In this document: in pieces, positions 10,172 through 21,719 of the stretch
Numbering within the stretch: the stretch's first letter is position 1
Layout of the letters: each line of letters starts with the position of its first letter
Origin: Methanobacterium sp. BRmetb2
GTDB lineage: Archaea > Methanobacteriota > Methanobacteria > Methanobacteriales > Methanobacteriaceae
Assembly: GCA_003491285.1 (NCBI GenBank)
Contig: CP022705.1
Span: forward strand, 809,042 to 873,041
Direction of reading: 5' to 3'
Length of the DNA: 64,000 nucleotides
Program-made: the position numbers and the translations under genes
The notes under the pieces: model-generated
Database searches by the model: none
Told to the model about the DNA's origin: nothing
The model's input: only the letters and a program-made list of their open reading frames with translations

Positions 10172-10732
10172 TTATTCCTCCTCCAGATCCTCTTTGCATT
10201 CCTCACACACATATTTTCCATCAACTTGTTCGAGGTATTCCATGAAATTACCACATATTTCACAAACACCGGGAACTGGCCTTTCTGATGAAGAATAGTC
10301 TGTAGTATTTTCTAATCTTGCGTTTATCACCAATATTTCAGTTAATTCCGGTGAAACAGACATAACATCCGTTGATGTTAAAATTCCAACTAATTTATCA
10401 TTTTTAACAACAGGTAACCGTCTTATGCTGTTTTTAGCCATGAGTCTTGCTGCTTCATTCAATTCTGTACCTGGATCGATGTTTATGAGGTTTTTGGTCA
10501 TTACTTCGCCGATTGTTATTTCACTGGCAAGAATATCTTTTGCAACTACTTTTCTTAGAATATCACTTTCAGTTATTAATCCTTCTGGTTTGGCGTTGCT
10601 TTTTACAATTAGGCTCCCTAAACCCATTTTGGTCATTATTTGGGCTGCTTCTTCAACGCTTATCTTGGGGTCGATTGTTACTACATTTGATGTCATTGCG
10701 TCGTGTACGGTTACTTTCGTTTCCATTTCCAT
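10172..10732 (-). CDS. CBS-domain pair protein with C-terminal zinc ribbon
   Basis: Two CBS domains, then [23 protein letters not shown] (CxxC...CxxC). Confidence 0.75.
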   Translation of the reverse strand: MEMETKVTVHDAMTSNVVTIDPKISVEEAAQIMTKMGLGSLIVKSNAKPEGLITESDILRKVVAKDILASEITIGEVMTKNLINIDPGTELNEAARLMAKNSIRRLPVVKNDKLVGILTSTDVMSVSPELTEILVINARLENTTDYSSSERPVPGVCEICGNFMEYLEQVDGKYVCEECKEDLEEE

Positions 10733-10743
10733 TTAAAAACCTC

Positions 10744-11466
10744 CTATCTAACCTTCAGAATCTTATGAATTTGAGGAATGACTAAAACATCCATATATTC
10801 TGCTGCATTTTCAGATATCTTGAGTAACATATGTTCTTTATTCTGCCACTGATTCAAGGGACTTAGGGGCTGGATAACCAAAGGCACCTTTGAAGTATCC
10901 GAGACTCCTCTGTTGATCTTTGAGGCTATAAGTTCCACTGTGTCCGCTTTGGTTGAGGGCAATATGACTAATTTACAATAAATATTTGCACCCTCATCTA
11001 TTAATATGTTTAGGGATTTTATTTCTCTATTAAAAAGGGTATCCCAATCATTCACTGAACAATGTTCAGGTAATTTTATATCAACAGAGGCATAATCAAC
11101 TAATTTAGCTATTTTAGCTAATTCGTCAGGTAAAGAACCGTTAGTTTCCAATAAACAGTTAAAATTATATTTTTCTAAAAAATTTCTTAAAAAATCTGCA
11201 TGTAAAAGTGGTTCTCCCCCGGTAAAAGAAATAGAATGAAAATCAGGAGTTAACAATTTATTCACAGCATTATAAAGCGTTTCAACAGAATATTCATCAC
11301 CAGCAGTTGGATTCTTACTTTGTGGAGTATCACAATAATTGCAATCAAGGTTACATCCTGCGAATCGGACAAAAACTTGTCTTCTGCCAAGTAATAACCC
11401 TTCACCCTGAATACTGGAGAAAATCTCATTTATACGGGCTTTCATTAGAGTACCGCCAGAGTTCAA
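10744..11466 (-). CDS. queE: 7-carboxy-7-deazaguanine synthase (radical SAM)
   Basis: [12 protein letters not shown]...[16 protein letters not shown] matches the QueE N-terminal signature and Cys cluster. Confidence 0.75.
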   Translation of the reverse strand: MNSGGTLMKARINEIFSSIQGEGLLLGRRQVFVRFAGCNLDCNYCDTPQSKNPTAGDEYSVETLYNAVNKLLTPDFHSISFTGGEPLLHADFLRNFLEKYNFNCLLETNGSLPDELAKIAKLVDYASVDIKLPEHCSVNDWDTLFNREIKSLNILIDEGANIYCKLVILPSTKADTVELIASKINRGVSDTSKVPLVIQPLSPLNQWQNKEHMLLKISENAAEYMDVLVIPQIHKILKVR

Positions 11467-11498
11467 TAATTAGTCCAATATTTAATATGCATTTTATA

Positions 11499-11990
11499 TT
11501 ATTTATTTTTAGTGTAATAGGCTCCCTGACCTATTCCCTCGTTAACACAGATTTGAACACTGAATATTTCTTCATTTTTATTGTTAAGTGATTCAAACAC
11601 TTTTTCAGCGAAGTATTCTGCTAATTCCTCTGCGGATGTTGATTTAAGTGGTAAAAGACAGCAGTCTTCAGCAGGGAGCACATATCCTTTTTCAGCTATT
11701 TTAAATTTAATAGATTTTTCTTTGGATATATCCTCTGATATAAATTCAATATCAGAACTTTCTACTGGAATTAACACCTTGTGATCCAGTTTTGAACAGA
11801 TATCCCTCACAATTCCCTTAACCTTTTTAAAATCAACTACAAAACCAAAATCACCTGATCTTTCTCCTTCTACCACTACATCTACATGATAGGAATGCCC
11901 ATGAATACCTCCACAAAATTCATGTTTAGGGATCATGTGGGCAGCTGAAAATCTTAAATTTGCATGAATACCGTTAATAACTATTTTCAT
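11499..11990 (-). CDS. queD: 6-carboxy-5,6,7,8-tetrahydropterin synthase / PTPS family
   Basis: [11 protein letters not shown] is the zinc-binding CxxxHGH motif of the PTPS/QueD family. The gene sits next to queE. Confidence 0.7.
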   Translation of the reverse strand: MKIVINGIHANLRFSAAHMIPKHEFCGGIHGHSYHVDVVVEGERSGDFGFVVDFKKVKGIVRDICSKLDHKVLIPVESSDIEFISEDISKEKSIKFKIAEKGYVLPAEDCCLLPLKSTSAEELAEYFAEKVFESLNNKNEEIFSVQICVNEGIGQGAYYTKNK

Positions 11991-12126
11991 TATAAAACCT
12001 TCTTAATACTATATATAACTTGTTAAATAAGATAAATTCTAAAAATCACTTAATATCCTCAATGAGCTCTTTAATAGCCCAAATATTTAAATTATTAGAT
12101 AAATTTTAATAAAATTTTTCAAAATA

Positions 12127-12699
12127 TCAAAAAACTCTTGTCTTAGCTATATCTTTATCAATTGCCGATATTTCACTAATATACTTTGTGCATATTTTTG
12201 TGACAATTTTTTCAACATCTTCCCTTTTTAAGTTATCATCACATTCAATTATTCCAATGGTTTTTACATCGTCAGGTGTTCCCTCACTAACCATATTTAT
12301 GCCAAAATGTATTTTAATACTGCTTTTAGAACAGGTCGCAATGGAAACAGTGAGTTTATTTCCATCAACATAAAGATCATCCCCTTCCCTTTGACAAAAA
12401 ATGTTGTGTTCCGCTAAAACCTCTTTAACTATCATAACCATTATTCTTTGGCGATGATAAGCCATTCTCATATCTGGTGGTTGACAGTCAAAGTGTTCTA
12501 TTATGAAGTGAATCATTTCATTTGCTTTTATCTCCAAACCAACATCTTCATAGTCTAAAACCTTGGAAGTTTCAATATTCATTGGACCTGTCCATGTTAC
12601 TATGCTTGATTCCTTAATTTTGTGTATTTTAAAGGCCCATAACGGCTCAATTTGACTTCCGTCGTACAAAAGTGGCTGGTCTAAATTAATATGGATCAT
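12127..12699 (-). CDS. Conserved hypothetical protein downstream of queD (function unknown)
   Basis: 190-aa soluble protein with no recognisable catalytic motif. It is co-oriented with queE and queD. Confidence 0.45.
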   Translation of the reverse strand: MIHINLDQPLLYDGSQIEPLWAFKIHKIKESSIVTWTGPMNIETSKVLDYEDVGLEIKANEMIHFIIEHFDCQPPDMRMAYHRQRIMVMIVKEVLAEHNIFCQREGDDLYVDGNKLTVSIATCSKSSIKIHFGINMVSEGTPDDVKTIGIIECDDNLKREDVEKIVTKICTKYISEISAIDKDIAKTRVF

Positions 12700-12803
12700 G
12701 TGATCACCTACAATAACAATATGATAAACTTCAACTATTTTTAATTGTAATTTAAACTATAAAAATTGATTTTGATAAAATATATATCAGATATTAGTTG
12801 ATT

Positions 12804-13184
12804 TTATTTATCTACAAACAATTCTTTGTACCCAGTTTTTGGGTCAAAAACTCTTTTAAATTCTTTTTGTGATTCCAAAATACACACTTCTGCTGTGGTG
12901 TTAATTTCGCATCCCTGTTTTAGGTGGCCTCCGAAAACCATACCCTCACTATCTGCTATGGATAGGTGAACATGAATACCATTTATAGTAATTGTTCCCT
13001 CAGCAGAAACTATCTCAAAAGGACCTTTAAACAATTTATTCTTACCATCTGCCATTCTAAGAGTAGCTACATTCAAACTTCCAACTATTGAGATTATAAC
13101 TCCTGATTTTAAATTCTCATTTTTTACTATATCTTCGATCCCTTTTTTCAGGTCTTGACCTGGCTTAAGTCTGGAAGCTATCAT
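12804..13184 (-). CDS. PPC (DUF296) domain protein
   Basis: [17 protein letters not shown]...[16 protein letters not shown]...GGHL matches the PCC/DUF296 fold signature. Confidence 0.55.
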   Translation of the reverse strand: MIASRLKPGQDLKKGIEDIVKNENLKSGVIISIVGSLNVATLRMADGKNKLFKGPFEIVSAEGTITINGIHVHLSIADSEGMVFGGHLKQGCEINTTAEVCILESQKEFKRVFDPKTGYKELFVDK

Positions 13185-13216
13185 ATTTAATAATGTTACT
13201 CACATTACATTTATTT

Positions 13217-14233
13217 ATGATAGCCAGAACACGCGACTTCATATATACTAAAGATGATCTCTTCTTTGCCACCACATCATATCTTCATCCAAAAGATAGA
13301 ATTTTATCTTTTTTAAGATACGTTCCTGATGAAAAAGGGGATAGAAGCAAAAATGATGGTAAATACAGTAAAGTTGATTCTAAACAGGCTTATGAATTCT
13401 TAAAAAAGGAATTTCCAGATTATCTTTTTGATTGTGAAAATACAAAAGTTTTAATGATGGGCGTACCTCATGAGGATGTTAAAGAGATAATTCGACCAGA
13501 AAACCGTCTTAAAGAGATAATTGCAAGTGGAACTGAAGTGGAACTTTTAAAAAAAGTGGTTAAAATCGCAGATACATTTCATGAGTATGGTGGTATCTCT
13601 TATAAAGACATGGGAATTTCAGGTTCAATATTACCGGGATTATATGATACCCAAAATTCTGACATTGACTTTGTGATATATGGATTGGACAATCATCGCA
13701 AAGCCCTAAATGTTTTTGAAGAATTAAAAGATAATAAAATTTTTAATAGTATAGGGGAGGATTATTGGGAAAAACTCTATGAAAAAAGAATTAAAGATTC
13801 CACTTTAAGTATGGATGAATTCAAGTGGTATGAAAAACGGAAAAATAATCGTGGAATCATTGAAGGAACCCTATTTGACATACTGGCAGCTCGTAAATGG
13901 GATGAAATTAAGGGTAAATATGGTGAAATACAATATGAACCTGCAGGGATTGCTGAAATCCGTTGCATAGTTACTGATTCTCTGGCTGCCTTTGATAATC
14001 CAGCTGTTTATAAAGTGGAAAATGTTGAAATCATAGAAGGTCCTGACGTAGATATAACGGAAATTGCATCATTTACCCATACTTATGCAGGTCAAGCACG
14101 TGAAGGGGAAGAAATAGTTGCCCGTGGAAAGTTGGAAAAGGTCATAATGGATGATGAGAGTTATCGTGTAGTGGTAGGTACTACACGTGAAGCACTTAAT
14201 GAATATGTAAAGTTACGAAAACTATATAAATAA
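13217..14233 (+). CDS. Pol-beta-superfamily nucleotidyltransferase-like protein with OB-fold-like C-terminus, function unknown
   Basis: [24 protein letters not shown] fits the GS-x9-13-DxD nucleotidyltransferase motif. The C-terminal region is beta-rich. The start is placed at MIARTR, the 9th codon of the track ORF. Confidence 0.5.
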   Translation: MIARTRDFIYTKDDLFFATTSYLHPKDRILSFLRYVPDEKGDRSKNDGKYSKVDSKQAYEFLKKEFPDYLFDCENTKVLMMGVPHEDVKEIIRPENRLKEIIASGTEVELLKKVVKIADTFHEYGGISYKDMGISGSILPGLYDTQNSDIDFVIYGLDNHRKALNVFEELKDNKIFNSIGEDYWEKLYEKRIKDSTLSMDEFKWYEKRKNNRGIIEGTLFDILAARKWDEIKGKYGEIQYEPAGIAEIRCIVTDSLAAFDNPAVYKVENVEIIEGPDVDITEIASFTHTYAGQAREGEEIVARGKLEKVIMDDESYRVVVGTTREALNEYVKLRKLYK

Positions 14234-14266
14234 TAACTATATAATAAAAAGTATTACGAGGAGATA

Positions 14267-15565
14267 TTGATGAATAGTGATGCATCAATTGGTGTGGGAC
14301 TAATAGGTTTTGGAACGATAGGATCTGGTGTTGTAGCTATATTCAACCATAATATTGGTTTAATAAAAAACAAATCTGGATTAAATGTAAAACTTAAAAA
14401 AGTAGTTGATTTGGATATTGAAACACCCCGTGGTGTAGAAATTGATCCAAACATATTATCTACTGATGTAAATGATATACTGGAAGATCCGGAAATAGAC
14501 ATTGTTATAGAGCTTATCGGTGGTTACCAGCCCGCCAAAAATTTTATCATAACTGCAATGAAAAACGGAAAACATGTTGTAACTGCTAACAAAGCTTTAC
14601 TGGCGAAAAATTGGGATGAAATTATAAAAACTGCTCAAGAAAATAGTGTAAGAATTTGTTTTGAAGCTAGTGTTGGGGGCGGAATTCCAATATTACAGCC
14701 TTTAAATGAAAGTCTGGCAGCAAATAATATTGAATCAATATATGGCATAATAAATGGAACTGCAAACTACATATTAACTAAAATGACTGAAGAAAAGTTA
14801 GAATTTGAGGATGTCCTTAAAGAAGCTCAAGAAAAGGGTTATGCAGAGCAAGATCCTACATTTGATGTGGATGGATTTGATACTGCTCAAAAATTGATTA
14901 TATTAACCATTTTAGGTTTTGGGGTTTATGTAAAACAGGAAGAGTTTCATGTTGAAGGTATAAGCAAGATTACCAGTGGCGACATTGAGTTTATTAGTAA
15001 AGAATTGGGTTGCATCATTAAACTTTTGGCTATTGCCAAAATTAAAAATGGAAAACTTGATGTGAGGGTTCATCCCACATTAATACCTAAAGAACACCTC
15101 CTAGCATCAGTAAACCATGCGTTTAATGGAATTTATGTTGTGGGTGATGCTGTGGGGCCGGTGATGATGTATGGTTCGGGCGCAGGTATGATGCCTACAG
15201 CAAGTGCTGTGATAGGGGATTGTCTAGAAATAATTAGTAATATGAAAAAAAATGTTGATTATGGCCCAAAAATAACCCCCGTAAAAGGTTTAAAGAATAT
15301 TGAAAAAGTTATATCAAAATATTACATCAGATTAACCACTGTGGACAAACCCGGTGTTTTACATATCATATCTGGAATATTAAGTGATTTTGATATAAGT
15401 ATTGAATCTGTAAATCAGAAACAGAAAAGTAGTAACCAGGAAGTGCCTATTTACATGGTGACTCATGAAGCACTAGAAAAGAATGTAGCAAGTGCCATAA
15501 AAAAAATAGAAGATTTAAACGTGGTAAAAGGAGATACTATATTTATTAGAGTTCTTGATGAATAA
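14267..15565 (+). CDS. hom: Homoserine dehydrogenase with C-terminal ACT domain
   Basis: NAD-binding [12 protein letters not shown], catalytic region [11 protein letters not shown], and a C-terminal ACT domain. Confidence 0.85.
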   Translation: MMNSDASIGVGLIGFGTIGSGVVAIFNHNIGLIKNKSGLNVKLKKVVDLDIETPRGVEIDPNILSTDVNDILEDPEIDIVIELIGGYQPAKNFIITAMKNGKHVVTANKALLAKNWDEIIKTAQENSVRICFEASVGGGIPILQPLNESLAANNIESIYGIINGTANYILTKMTEEKLEFEDVLKEAQEKGYAEQDPTFDVDGFDTAQKLIILTILGFGVYVKQEEFHVEGISKITSGDIEFISKELGCIIKLLAIAKIKNGKLDVRVHPTLIPKEHLLASVNHAFNGIYVVGDAVGPVMMYGSGAGMMPTASAVIGDCLEIISNMKKNVDYGPKITPVKGLKNIEKVISKYYIRLTTVDKPGVLHIISGILSDFDISIESVNQKQKSSNQEVPIYMVTHEALEKNVASAIKKIEDLNVVKGDTIFIRVLDE

Positions 15566-16403
15566 AAAAGGTGAGGTGTTAAAAATAATTCGTGTTTCTT
15601 CCATTTCAGAATACGTTTACTGCCCTATGAAATTATATTTAAGATATAATGTGGAAGAAACGCCTAAAAACCCTTTAATGATCAGTGGAAGACTTATCCA
15701 TGAAATTAGAAACGAATTTCACGAACTGGTAAAAAGAGATTTGCGATCCATTAATGCAAACATGGAATTTAAAGAAATTTTTAATAAAATATTTAATAAT
15801 TTACATTCAATTTTAGAGAGAAACCTTTTAAATCATCCTGACCTGGAATTTTTAGAAAAAACAGAAATTGAAGAAATGTTTAGAAAAATTATTAATCAGA
15901 TTAAATCTGAATCATGTATAATTGCATTGAAAATTAAAAGTTTTATGGATGAAACTGGAAAAGATGCCTCCCAGATCAGTGCACTACTATTTCCATCTTC
16001 CATAATAGAATATAAAATAGAAGATCGGGAGCTTGGTTTAAGGGGTATTATTGATAAGATAGAAGTGAGTGATGGGATATATTACCCTGTAGAGATCAAA
16101 TCTGGTAAACCACCTTTAAAGGGTGTTTGGGAATCTGATGAACTTCAAATAGCAGCATATGGAATTTTAATAGAAAAAGAATTTGATACAGAAGTTCTAG
16201 TCGGTTTCGTAGATTATTTAAAAATAAATGAACGAAGACCAGTTGTTTTAAACTCTAAATTGAGACAAAAACTTTTGAAAACAATAGAAGACCTGTATAC
16301 AATGTTTGAAGGAAATATTCCTGAAATTGATTTAAATAAGAATAAATGCAGGTTATGCGAGTATTCAGATTATTGTGAATACTTCCATGATATTAATTTT
16401 TGA
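15558..16403 (+). CDS. Cas4/DUF83-family PD-(D/E)xK nuclease with Fe-S Cys cluster (solo, no CRISPR array nearby)
   Basis: N-terminal YCPMKLYL Cys, IID...VEIKSGK (D / ExK), QIAAY (QxxxY) and C-terminal [10 protein letters not shown] (Cx2Cx5C). The ATG overlaps the hom stop by 8 nt. Confidence 0.65.
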   Translation: MNKKGEVLKIIRVSSISEYVYCPMKLYLRYNVEETPKNPLMISGRLIHEIRNEFHELVKRDLRSINANMEFKEIFNKIFNNLHSILERNLLNHPDLEFLEKTEIEEMFRKIINQIKSESCIIALKIKSFMDETGKDASQISALLFPSSIIEYKIEDRELGLRGIIDKIEVSDGIYYPVEIKSGKPPLKGVWESDELQIAAYGILIEKEFDTEVLVGFVDYLKINERRPVVLNSKLRQKLLKTIEDLYTMFEGNIPEIDLNKNKCRLCEYSDYCEYFHDINF

Positions 16404-16624
16404 ATATTTAATTAAGTGAGATTAAACAGCAAAATCAAGCTCTTTTTAATTTTAATACTAAATAATTAGTCTGAGATACTTTTGTATATCATTACTTTAC
16501 CTTTTTCAAATTTCTAAAAAAATGTCATTAAATCTATTTAACCACAATTATAATTGAAATAGACAAATAGTAAAATTTTAATCATTAGACTTACATAGAT
16601 TATTGCAGAATTTGTGGTGATAAA

Positions 16625-16897
16625 ATGACTAAGGAAGATCTAATGAAAAAATGTGAAGGACTGGAAGATCCAAGTGTAATGGGATCATGCAAAGTACTTT
16701 TAGAAATGATGGATGAAAAAAAGGTGGATGTGGAAGAAAAAGACCAAACCTATTTAGAAATGGCTGAAAACCTGTCACCTAGCGACGTGCCAAAAGTTCT
16801 TGAATTGGCACTTAAAGTTAGAGAAAGTGGGGATATAAAAGATCCCGAAATAAAAAACGCTGCAAGTATATTGATCAGAGCAATAGAAATGAGTTAA
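16625..16897 (+). CDS. Small acidic hypothetical protein
   Basis: 90-aa ORF with no recognisable motif. Confidence 0.35.
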   Translation: MTKEDLMKKCEGLEDPSVMGSCKVLLEMMDEKKVDVEEKDQTYLEMAENLSPSDVPKVLELALKVRESGDIKDPEIKNAASILIRAIEMS

Positions 16898-16903
16898 ATT
16901 CTA

Positions 16904-17557
16904 TTAAAATCTTTTTCTCTTAATTTTTTTTATATCAAAGATTGCTGTATCGGCAATTGCCATTACTGCGATAACGCCTGCCTGTACAGGATCGGTAATA
17001 ACTAAATCTGCCTTTTCCGTTACACTGCCCGGCATGCTGAGACTTATAACTATCATATCGTGTTCTTTTTTCACCTTATCTACTTCTTCAGAAATCTTAC
17101 CCCCCATAAGAGAGCCTGCTAAAACCAGTGCCCCCACTCTTGGAATTCTACCTACAGCAGCTACTGCCTCCGCCAGTTCTTTTTCTCCAACCAATGGGAT
17201 TGTATCTATACTTATTCGTTCGCCCCGGATATTATGTCTATCTGCCTCAGTAATGGCTCCCTGAGCCACCATTGCAACCTGGGCTCCGCCGCCGATAATT
17301 ATTATCCTTTTACCATATATTTCATCCAGCGATGGATGTACCTCAACATCGTTAATCACTGGAAAACTTTTTAAATTCTTAACTAATGTTTCAATGTCAT
17401 CAACATTTTCTAATTCCAGATGAATTGATGCAGACTCATCTTTTTCTATGAATAGATGCGTATAACTGATGTTGATACCACAATCTGCCATCATATCAGT
17501 TATGTCTCTTAAAACACCGGGTTTATTTATGGATTTTATGGTAATGGCAATTTTCAT
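16904..17557 (-). CDS. ACT-domain regulator-like protein (COG2150-type)
   Basis: N-terminal ACT fold ([19 protein letters not shown]), then a conserved [17 protein letters not shown] domain. Confidence 0.6.
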   Translation of the reverse strand: MKIAITIKSINKPGVLRDITDMMADCGINISYTHLFIEKDESASIHLELENVDDIETLVKNLKSFPVINDVEVHPSLDEIYGKRIIIIGGGAQVAMVAQGAITEADRHNIRGERISIDTIPLVGEKELAEAVAAVGRIPRVGALVLAGSLMGGKISEEVDKVKKEHDMIVISLSMPGSVTEKADLVITDPVQAGVIAVMAIADTAIFDIKKIKRKRF

Positions 17558-17646
17558 TTAAATCACAGATATAAAATTTGTAAATTGATAGATCTTTTGT
17601 CCTTTAATCAGTATTAATATTTAAGGATAAAAAATAAAATTTTGAA

Positions 17647-18090
17647 TTAATAACCTGATTTTTTTCCGGTCATTGCATGGATTTTGACTTTTATTACAGC
17701 CACAGTAGCCAGTGCCGAATCTGAATAGCCGTATGAAGATTCATTTAAATATTTACTTATTATTATATCAAAAATTTTCTTTTTTTCTTGAATATCTTCT
17801 ATAAAAGTAGCCCTGCCAAACCAATTACACTTAGATATTTCATGCCACAGCCACATGCTTTTTCTAAAGTCATTAATTCTGTTTCCATGTCAACTTCAAA
17901 ACAAACATTATTATTCTTTCGTAAAATATCTATTTTTTTTTACCTTCGTGTGCAGAGTGAAGATAAAGATAATCTTCTCTAAATCCAAAATTCATCGGAA
18001 TTACATAGGGTTTATTATTATCTGATAAAGCTAGCCTGCATATTTTTGCTTTATTCAATATGGACGTTATTTTCTGATTTTTCTTTTATT
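17647..18090 (-). pseudogene. Disrupted pyridoxamine-5-phosphate-oxidase-like FMN-binding protein (two frameshifts)
   Basis: Minus-strand pieces in three frames read ...AKICRLALSDNNKPYVIPMNFGFREDYLYLHSAHEGKKK / IDILRKNNNVCFEVDMETELMTLEKACGCGMKYLSVIG / RATFIEDIQEKKKIFDIIISKYLNESSYGY.... One break is at an A9 run near 17935. No canonical start. Confidence 0.45.
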
Positions 18091-18199
18091 TCTTTATCAG
18101 TTCTTCACATCTTCATTAAACCACTGCACAATTAAAAAAATTAGAAAAAAGAATTTGCTATGAAAAAACTTTAATCTATTAGATGATCTATTGTATTCA

Positions 18200-18460
18200 T
18201 CAGCTTTCCATCTTCAATTTTTCAAGTTTGGCTTTTGCTTTCTTGAATGTGCTTAAAAAGGATTCTTCTTCAGTAATTGGAATTACTTCCAAACCTAATT
18301 CCCTGTGTTCGTCCAGCCAATCTTCAGAATATATAGGAATTTCAATCTTTATTGGCTCATTGGTGGGATTTACCACAATTATGTTTCTGTAAGGAAAGGT
18401 TACTTCAACAATGTATCCGCCTACACTAATTATGTGCATAGGCCTTACCACGAATTTCAT
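18200..18460 (-). CDS. Small hydrophilic protein immediately downstream of ehbO (possibly ehbP)
   Basis: 86 aa, co-oriented with and 67 bp downstream of the ehb operon. The assignment is by position only. Confidence 0.35.
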   Translation of the reverse strand: MKFVVRPMHIISVGGYIVEVTFPYRNIIVVNPTNEPIKIEIPIYSEDWLDEHRELGLEVIPITEEESFLSTFKKAKAKLEKLKMES

Positions 18461-18526
18461 AAAATCACTCTTTTAAAGGTTATTAAACTTTTTAGTTTAT
18501 TATATCTCTGTTGATTAATATTTAAT

Positions 18527-19528
18527 TTAGATAAACGCTGCAATAATGCCTAATATTCCAAGTATTGACGTACCGGCTACCACTGGATAAAACTGTTTGA
18601 ATGTGAATATAGGGGAGAATGCACTGAGAATTGCCATTAAAATTGGGAATAATACAGCTGTACCAATTGTAATTAGAAACAACGGATTTAATATGTTCGG
18701 AGGGATTCCTAAAAACAAGGTCACATAAAGACTGGCCAATACAAATATTAGGAATCCTCTAGTAATATACACGTAAGCTCTGGATTTTGCTGCATATTCC
18801 ATTAGAGGCCCTTCTATAACATCCGCCTTTGTTTTTAAGATAGCAAATGGATATTCATTTAGTAGTATCATGGATCCTATAAAGTAAACAATCGTACCTA
18901 TAATACCTGCAAGTGTAAATAGTACCGGGCCATTTATCTGTTGATAAGCTACAATTTCACTTAGATAAAGACTTTTAGCCATAGCCACAGGTATAAAGAG
19001 TGTTATGTATATTGGAAATGATCCAAATGCAATCAATCTAAAAGCTCTCAAACTACTCAATTCTTCAAGGAATGACCTGTTTGTATCCGGGTGTTTAGCT
19101 CCTTTTACTACGTCCGGAAATGGCATTCTCTTGGATAAGATTGATCTGGAAAGTACTCCCATGAACATATAAATTACTTCTTCTATCTTTAAAAGCCCAA
19201 CTATGGCTATAATGGAGGTTAACGCACCTAAAAAGTACATTTGAGGCATTATGAATAGTAATATAAAGAATATTGAAAGTAAACTAATTATGGGGAGTGC
19301 ATTATAAAGTCTAGGCATTGGAGAGTTAGGAGTTATGGCTTCCTTAAAGAAAAATTTGATTGGAGCCATGAAACCCGGGCTGGATAGGGGAGGGCCTACT
19401 CTCTGTTGTATTCTTGCATGCACAAATTTTCTTTCAATACCAGGTAGCCATAAACTAACGAAAAAAGCAACGATTAAGGTTCCAATAACTGCTAATGTTG
19501 AAGTTAAAATTGTTGTTGAAACTGACAT
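18527..19528 (-). CDS. ehbO: Energy-converting hydrogenase B integral membrane subunit (NuoH-like)
   Basis: 333-aa polytopic membrane protein directly downstream of the NiFe large subunit. The ehb gene order is conserved. Confidence 0.65.
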   Translation of the reverse strand: MSVSTTILTSTLAVIGTLIVAFFVSLWLPGIERKFVHARIQQRVGPPLSSPGFMAPIKFFFKEAITPNSPMPRLYNALPIISLLSIFFILLFIMPQMYFLGALTSIIAIVGLLKIEEVIYMFMGVLSRSILSKRMPFPDVVKGAKHPDTNRSFLEELSSLRAFRLIAFGSFPIYITLFIPVAMAKSLYLSEIVAYQQINGPVLFTLAGIIGTIVYFIGSMILLNEYPFAILKTKADVIEGPLMEYAAKSRAYVYITRGFLIFVLASLYVTLFLGIPPNILNPLFLITIGTAVLFPILMAILSAFSPIFTFKQFYPVVAGTSILGILGIIAAFI

Positions 19529-19541
19529 CTCACCACGTCTC

Positions 19542-20687
19542 CTATAATTCTATAATTTTAATAGCACGGTCAGTGCATGTAAAGCAAGGATCACATTGAA
19601 CTATAGCTAGTTGAGCATCGGTTATGTGATATCCAATGCAAGCATGTTGCATTGCCCCTATATTTGCTATGGACGGTGTACGAATTATAACATTTCTAGC
19701 TCTTCCATCCTCTATTTTATAAGAATGATAAAGGGTTCCACGGGGTGCTTCAACATAACTTTTTATAATTGGAGTATCCTGCATATCCCAACTTCTATTA
19801 GTTATTTTACCCTCAGGTAGATCTTTTATTGCTTGTCTTATTATTTTTATAGATTCAAAAACTTCGAATACTCGAACAAGAAGGTTTGATTTAACGTCTC
19901 CATCATCTTGAGTAATAATATCAAATTCAAAAGGATCATAACATTTCATTTCTGTCCTTAAATCCCTGGCAACACCTGTAGCTCTTAATGTAGGGCCACT
20001 AGTAGCCAATCTTATAGCATCTTTTTGAGATATTACTCCAACTCCAGTAATACGTGACATAACCATAGGATCAGAAACAAACCTATCAGCGAAATTTAAA
20101 ACCTTTTCTTCAATAAGGTCCATGCCCTCTTTGATTTTTTGTATTCTCATGGCATCCAGTTCACATCTAGGCCTAACACCTCCAATAATTGGTGCTCCGT
20201 ACTGGACACGGTTGCCACCAATCATCCTTAAAAGTTCCATTACTGTCTCTCTTATATAAAATAATCTCATTGAAAAGGTTTCATGACCCAAAACTTCGTT
20301 ACCATGAGCTAAATATAACAAATGACTGTGTAATCTTTCTAATTCACCCATGATTACTCTGATGTATTGTGCTCGATCTGGAACTTCTATACCCAATCCT
20401 TTTTCAGCCACTAGTACTGAATTCCAGATATGAATGTTGGAACAAATTCCACATACTTTTTCAGTTAACGCGTTGGCCTTTTCTACCGGTAAACCTTCCA
20501 TAATCCGCTCAATTCCACGGTGGTTAACTCCGATAGTTATTTCCGCATCTTTAACGATTTCATCTTCAACAAAAAGTCTAACCCGGTATGGTTCAATGGC
20601 TGCAGAGTGAACAGTACCCATTGCAACCTCTGTTTCGATTATGGTTTCTTTTGTTGATTTATTAGTTATCCTGTTATCTTCATTCAT
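19542..20687 (-). CDS. ehbN: Energy-converting hydrogenase B [NiFe] large subunit
   Basis: N-terminal CGICSNIH and C-terminal DPCFTCTDR are the NiFe-site Cys motifs. NuoD-like. Confidence 0.85.
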   Translation of the reverse strand: MNEDNRITNKSTKETIIETEVAMGTVHSAAIEPYRVRLFVEDEIVKDAEITIGVNHRGIERIMEGLPVEKANALTEKVCGICSNIHIWNSVLVAEKGLGIEVPDRAQYIRVIMGELERLHSHLLYLAHGNEVLGHETFSMRLFYIRETVMELLRMIGGNRVQYGAPIIGGVRPRCELDAMRIQKIKEGMDLIEEKVLNFADRFVSDPMVMSRITGVGVISQKDAIRLATSGPTLRATGVARDLRTEMKCYDPFEFDIITQDDGDVKSNLLVRVFEVFESIKIIRQAIKDLPEGKITNRSWDMQDTPIIKSYVEAPRGTLYHSYKIEDGRARNVIIRTPSIANIGAMQHACIGYHITDAQLAIVQCDPCFTCTDRAIKIIEL

Positions 20688-20710
20688 AAAAACACCTGAT
20701 GGTTTATAAA

Positions 20711-21157
20711 TTATTTAGCATTTAATAGTAAAGGTAATGCAGCTACAACTCCTGATAAAACATCTTCGGGCCGTACTGCACAACCAGGAACTTTTGCATC
20801 AACTGGTATCACTTCTTCCACTGGTCCTGCTATTTCTTCAGAAGGAATATCTCCATGTATATTTTTATATACTCCTCCCATGAGAGCGCAAGCTCCTGCA
20901 GCTACAACTGCTTTAGGTTCAGGTATAGCATTATAAATCTCCTTTAAAGGTTTTTCAGTATGTTTAGTAACAGGACCTGTAACCACCAGTACATCTGCTT
21001 CTCTAGGGTTCCAGGTTAAAAATACTTTGTACTGTTCTGCATCAAATTTTGGTGAAAATATGCAGTTAACGATTTCTATATCGCAACCATTACATCCACC
21101 AGTATATACTAACATTACATGTACTGCTCGAGCCCTTGAATATGATTTTAAACTCAT
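20711..21157 (-). CDS. ehbM: Energy-converting hydrogenase B small subunit (NuoB-like)
   Basis: GGCNGCDIE ... GACALMGG ... VPGCAVRP are the proximal-cluster Cys motifs. Confidence 0.85.
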   Translation of the reverse strand: MSLKSYSRARAVHVMLVYTGGCNGCDIEIVNCIFSPKFDAEQYKVFLTWNPREADVLVVTGPVTKHTEKPLKEIYNAIPEPKAVVAAGACALMGGVYKNIHGDIPSEEIAGPVEEVIPVDAKVPGCAVRPEDVLSGVVAALPLLLNAK

Positions 21158-21233
21158 TTGATCCCTCTTAAACTTTGGATTCGTTGATTAATATTTTTTA
21201 TCTAACTATCGTATTAACTAAAAATATGGCTTT

Positions 21234-21719
21234 TTAATACTTTTTTTTCTTTAATATGCTGGTATCCGCGAGATATTGTGATATAAATGCAATTTTATCT
21301 TCAGATATTTTAATTGGTTTTTCAAGAAGTTCAGTTATGTCAGATTCAACTTCACCTACATCATTAGGATGTATAGTTCCTGCCTCTCCAAATAATGCGT
21401 ATAATGGGCAAAAATCATGACAGTAATAACAATTTACACATTTAAGGCTGTCTAAAACCGGTATTTGATCCTTGATTAATCCTTCCATTAATTCCACAGG
21501 CTCTTCCAACTTTTTCATGGAAACTGCACCGGTGGGACACACATTCGCACATCCAGAACAACCAATACATGGCACCTCAGCAACCTTTTCTGTAGGTACT
21601 ATCTGACCATTTAATATTTTATTCCGAAGTTCCATATCAGTAACTCGATCAGAAGCAAAAATTATCCGTTTAAGGTTACTATAAGCACCTTCTAACATTA
21701 TTCTGATTAAATCTTTCAT
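21234..21719 (-). CDS. ehbL: 2x[4Fe-4S] ferredoxin subunit
   Basis: [12 protein letters not shown] and [12 protein letters not shown]. Confidence 0.75.
   Translation of the reverse strand: MKDLIRIMLEGAYSNLKRIIFASDRVTDMELRNKILNGQIVPTEKVAEVPCIGCSGCANVCPTGAVSMKKLEEPVELMEGLIKDQIPVLDSLKCVNCYYCHDFCPLYALFGEAGTIHPNDVGEVESDITELLEKPIKISEDKIAFISQYLADTSILKKKKY

Noticed and set aside
17788-17982. 64-aa plus-strand ORF
   Set aside because: It lies antisense within the disrupted PNPOx-like gene.
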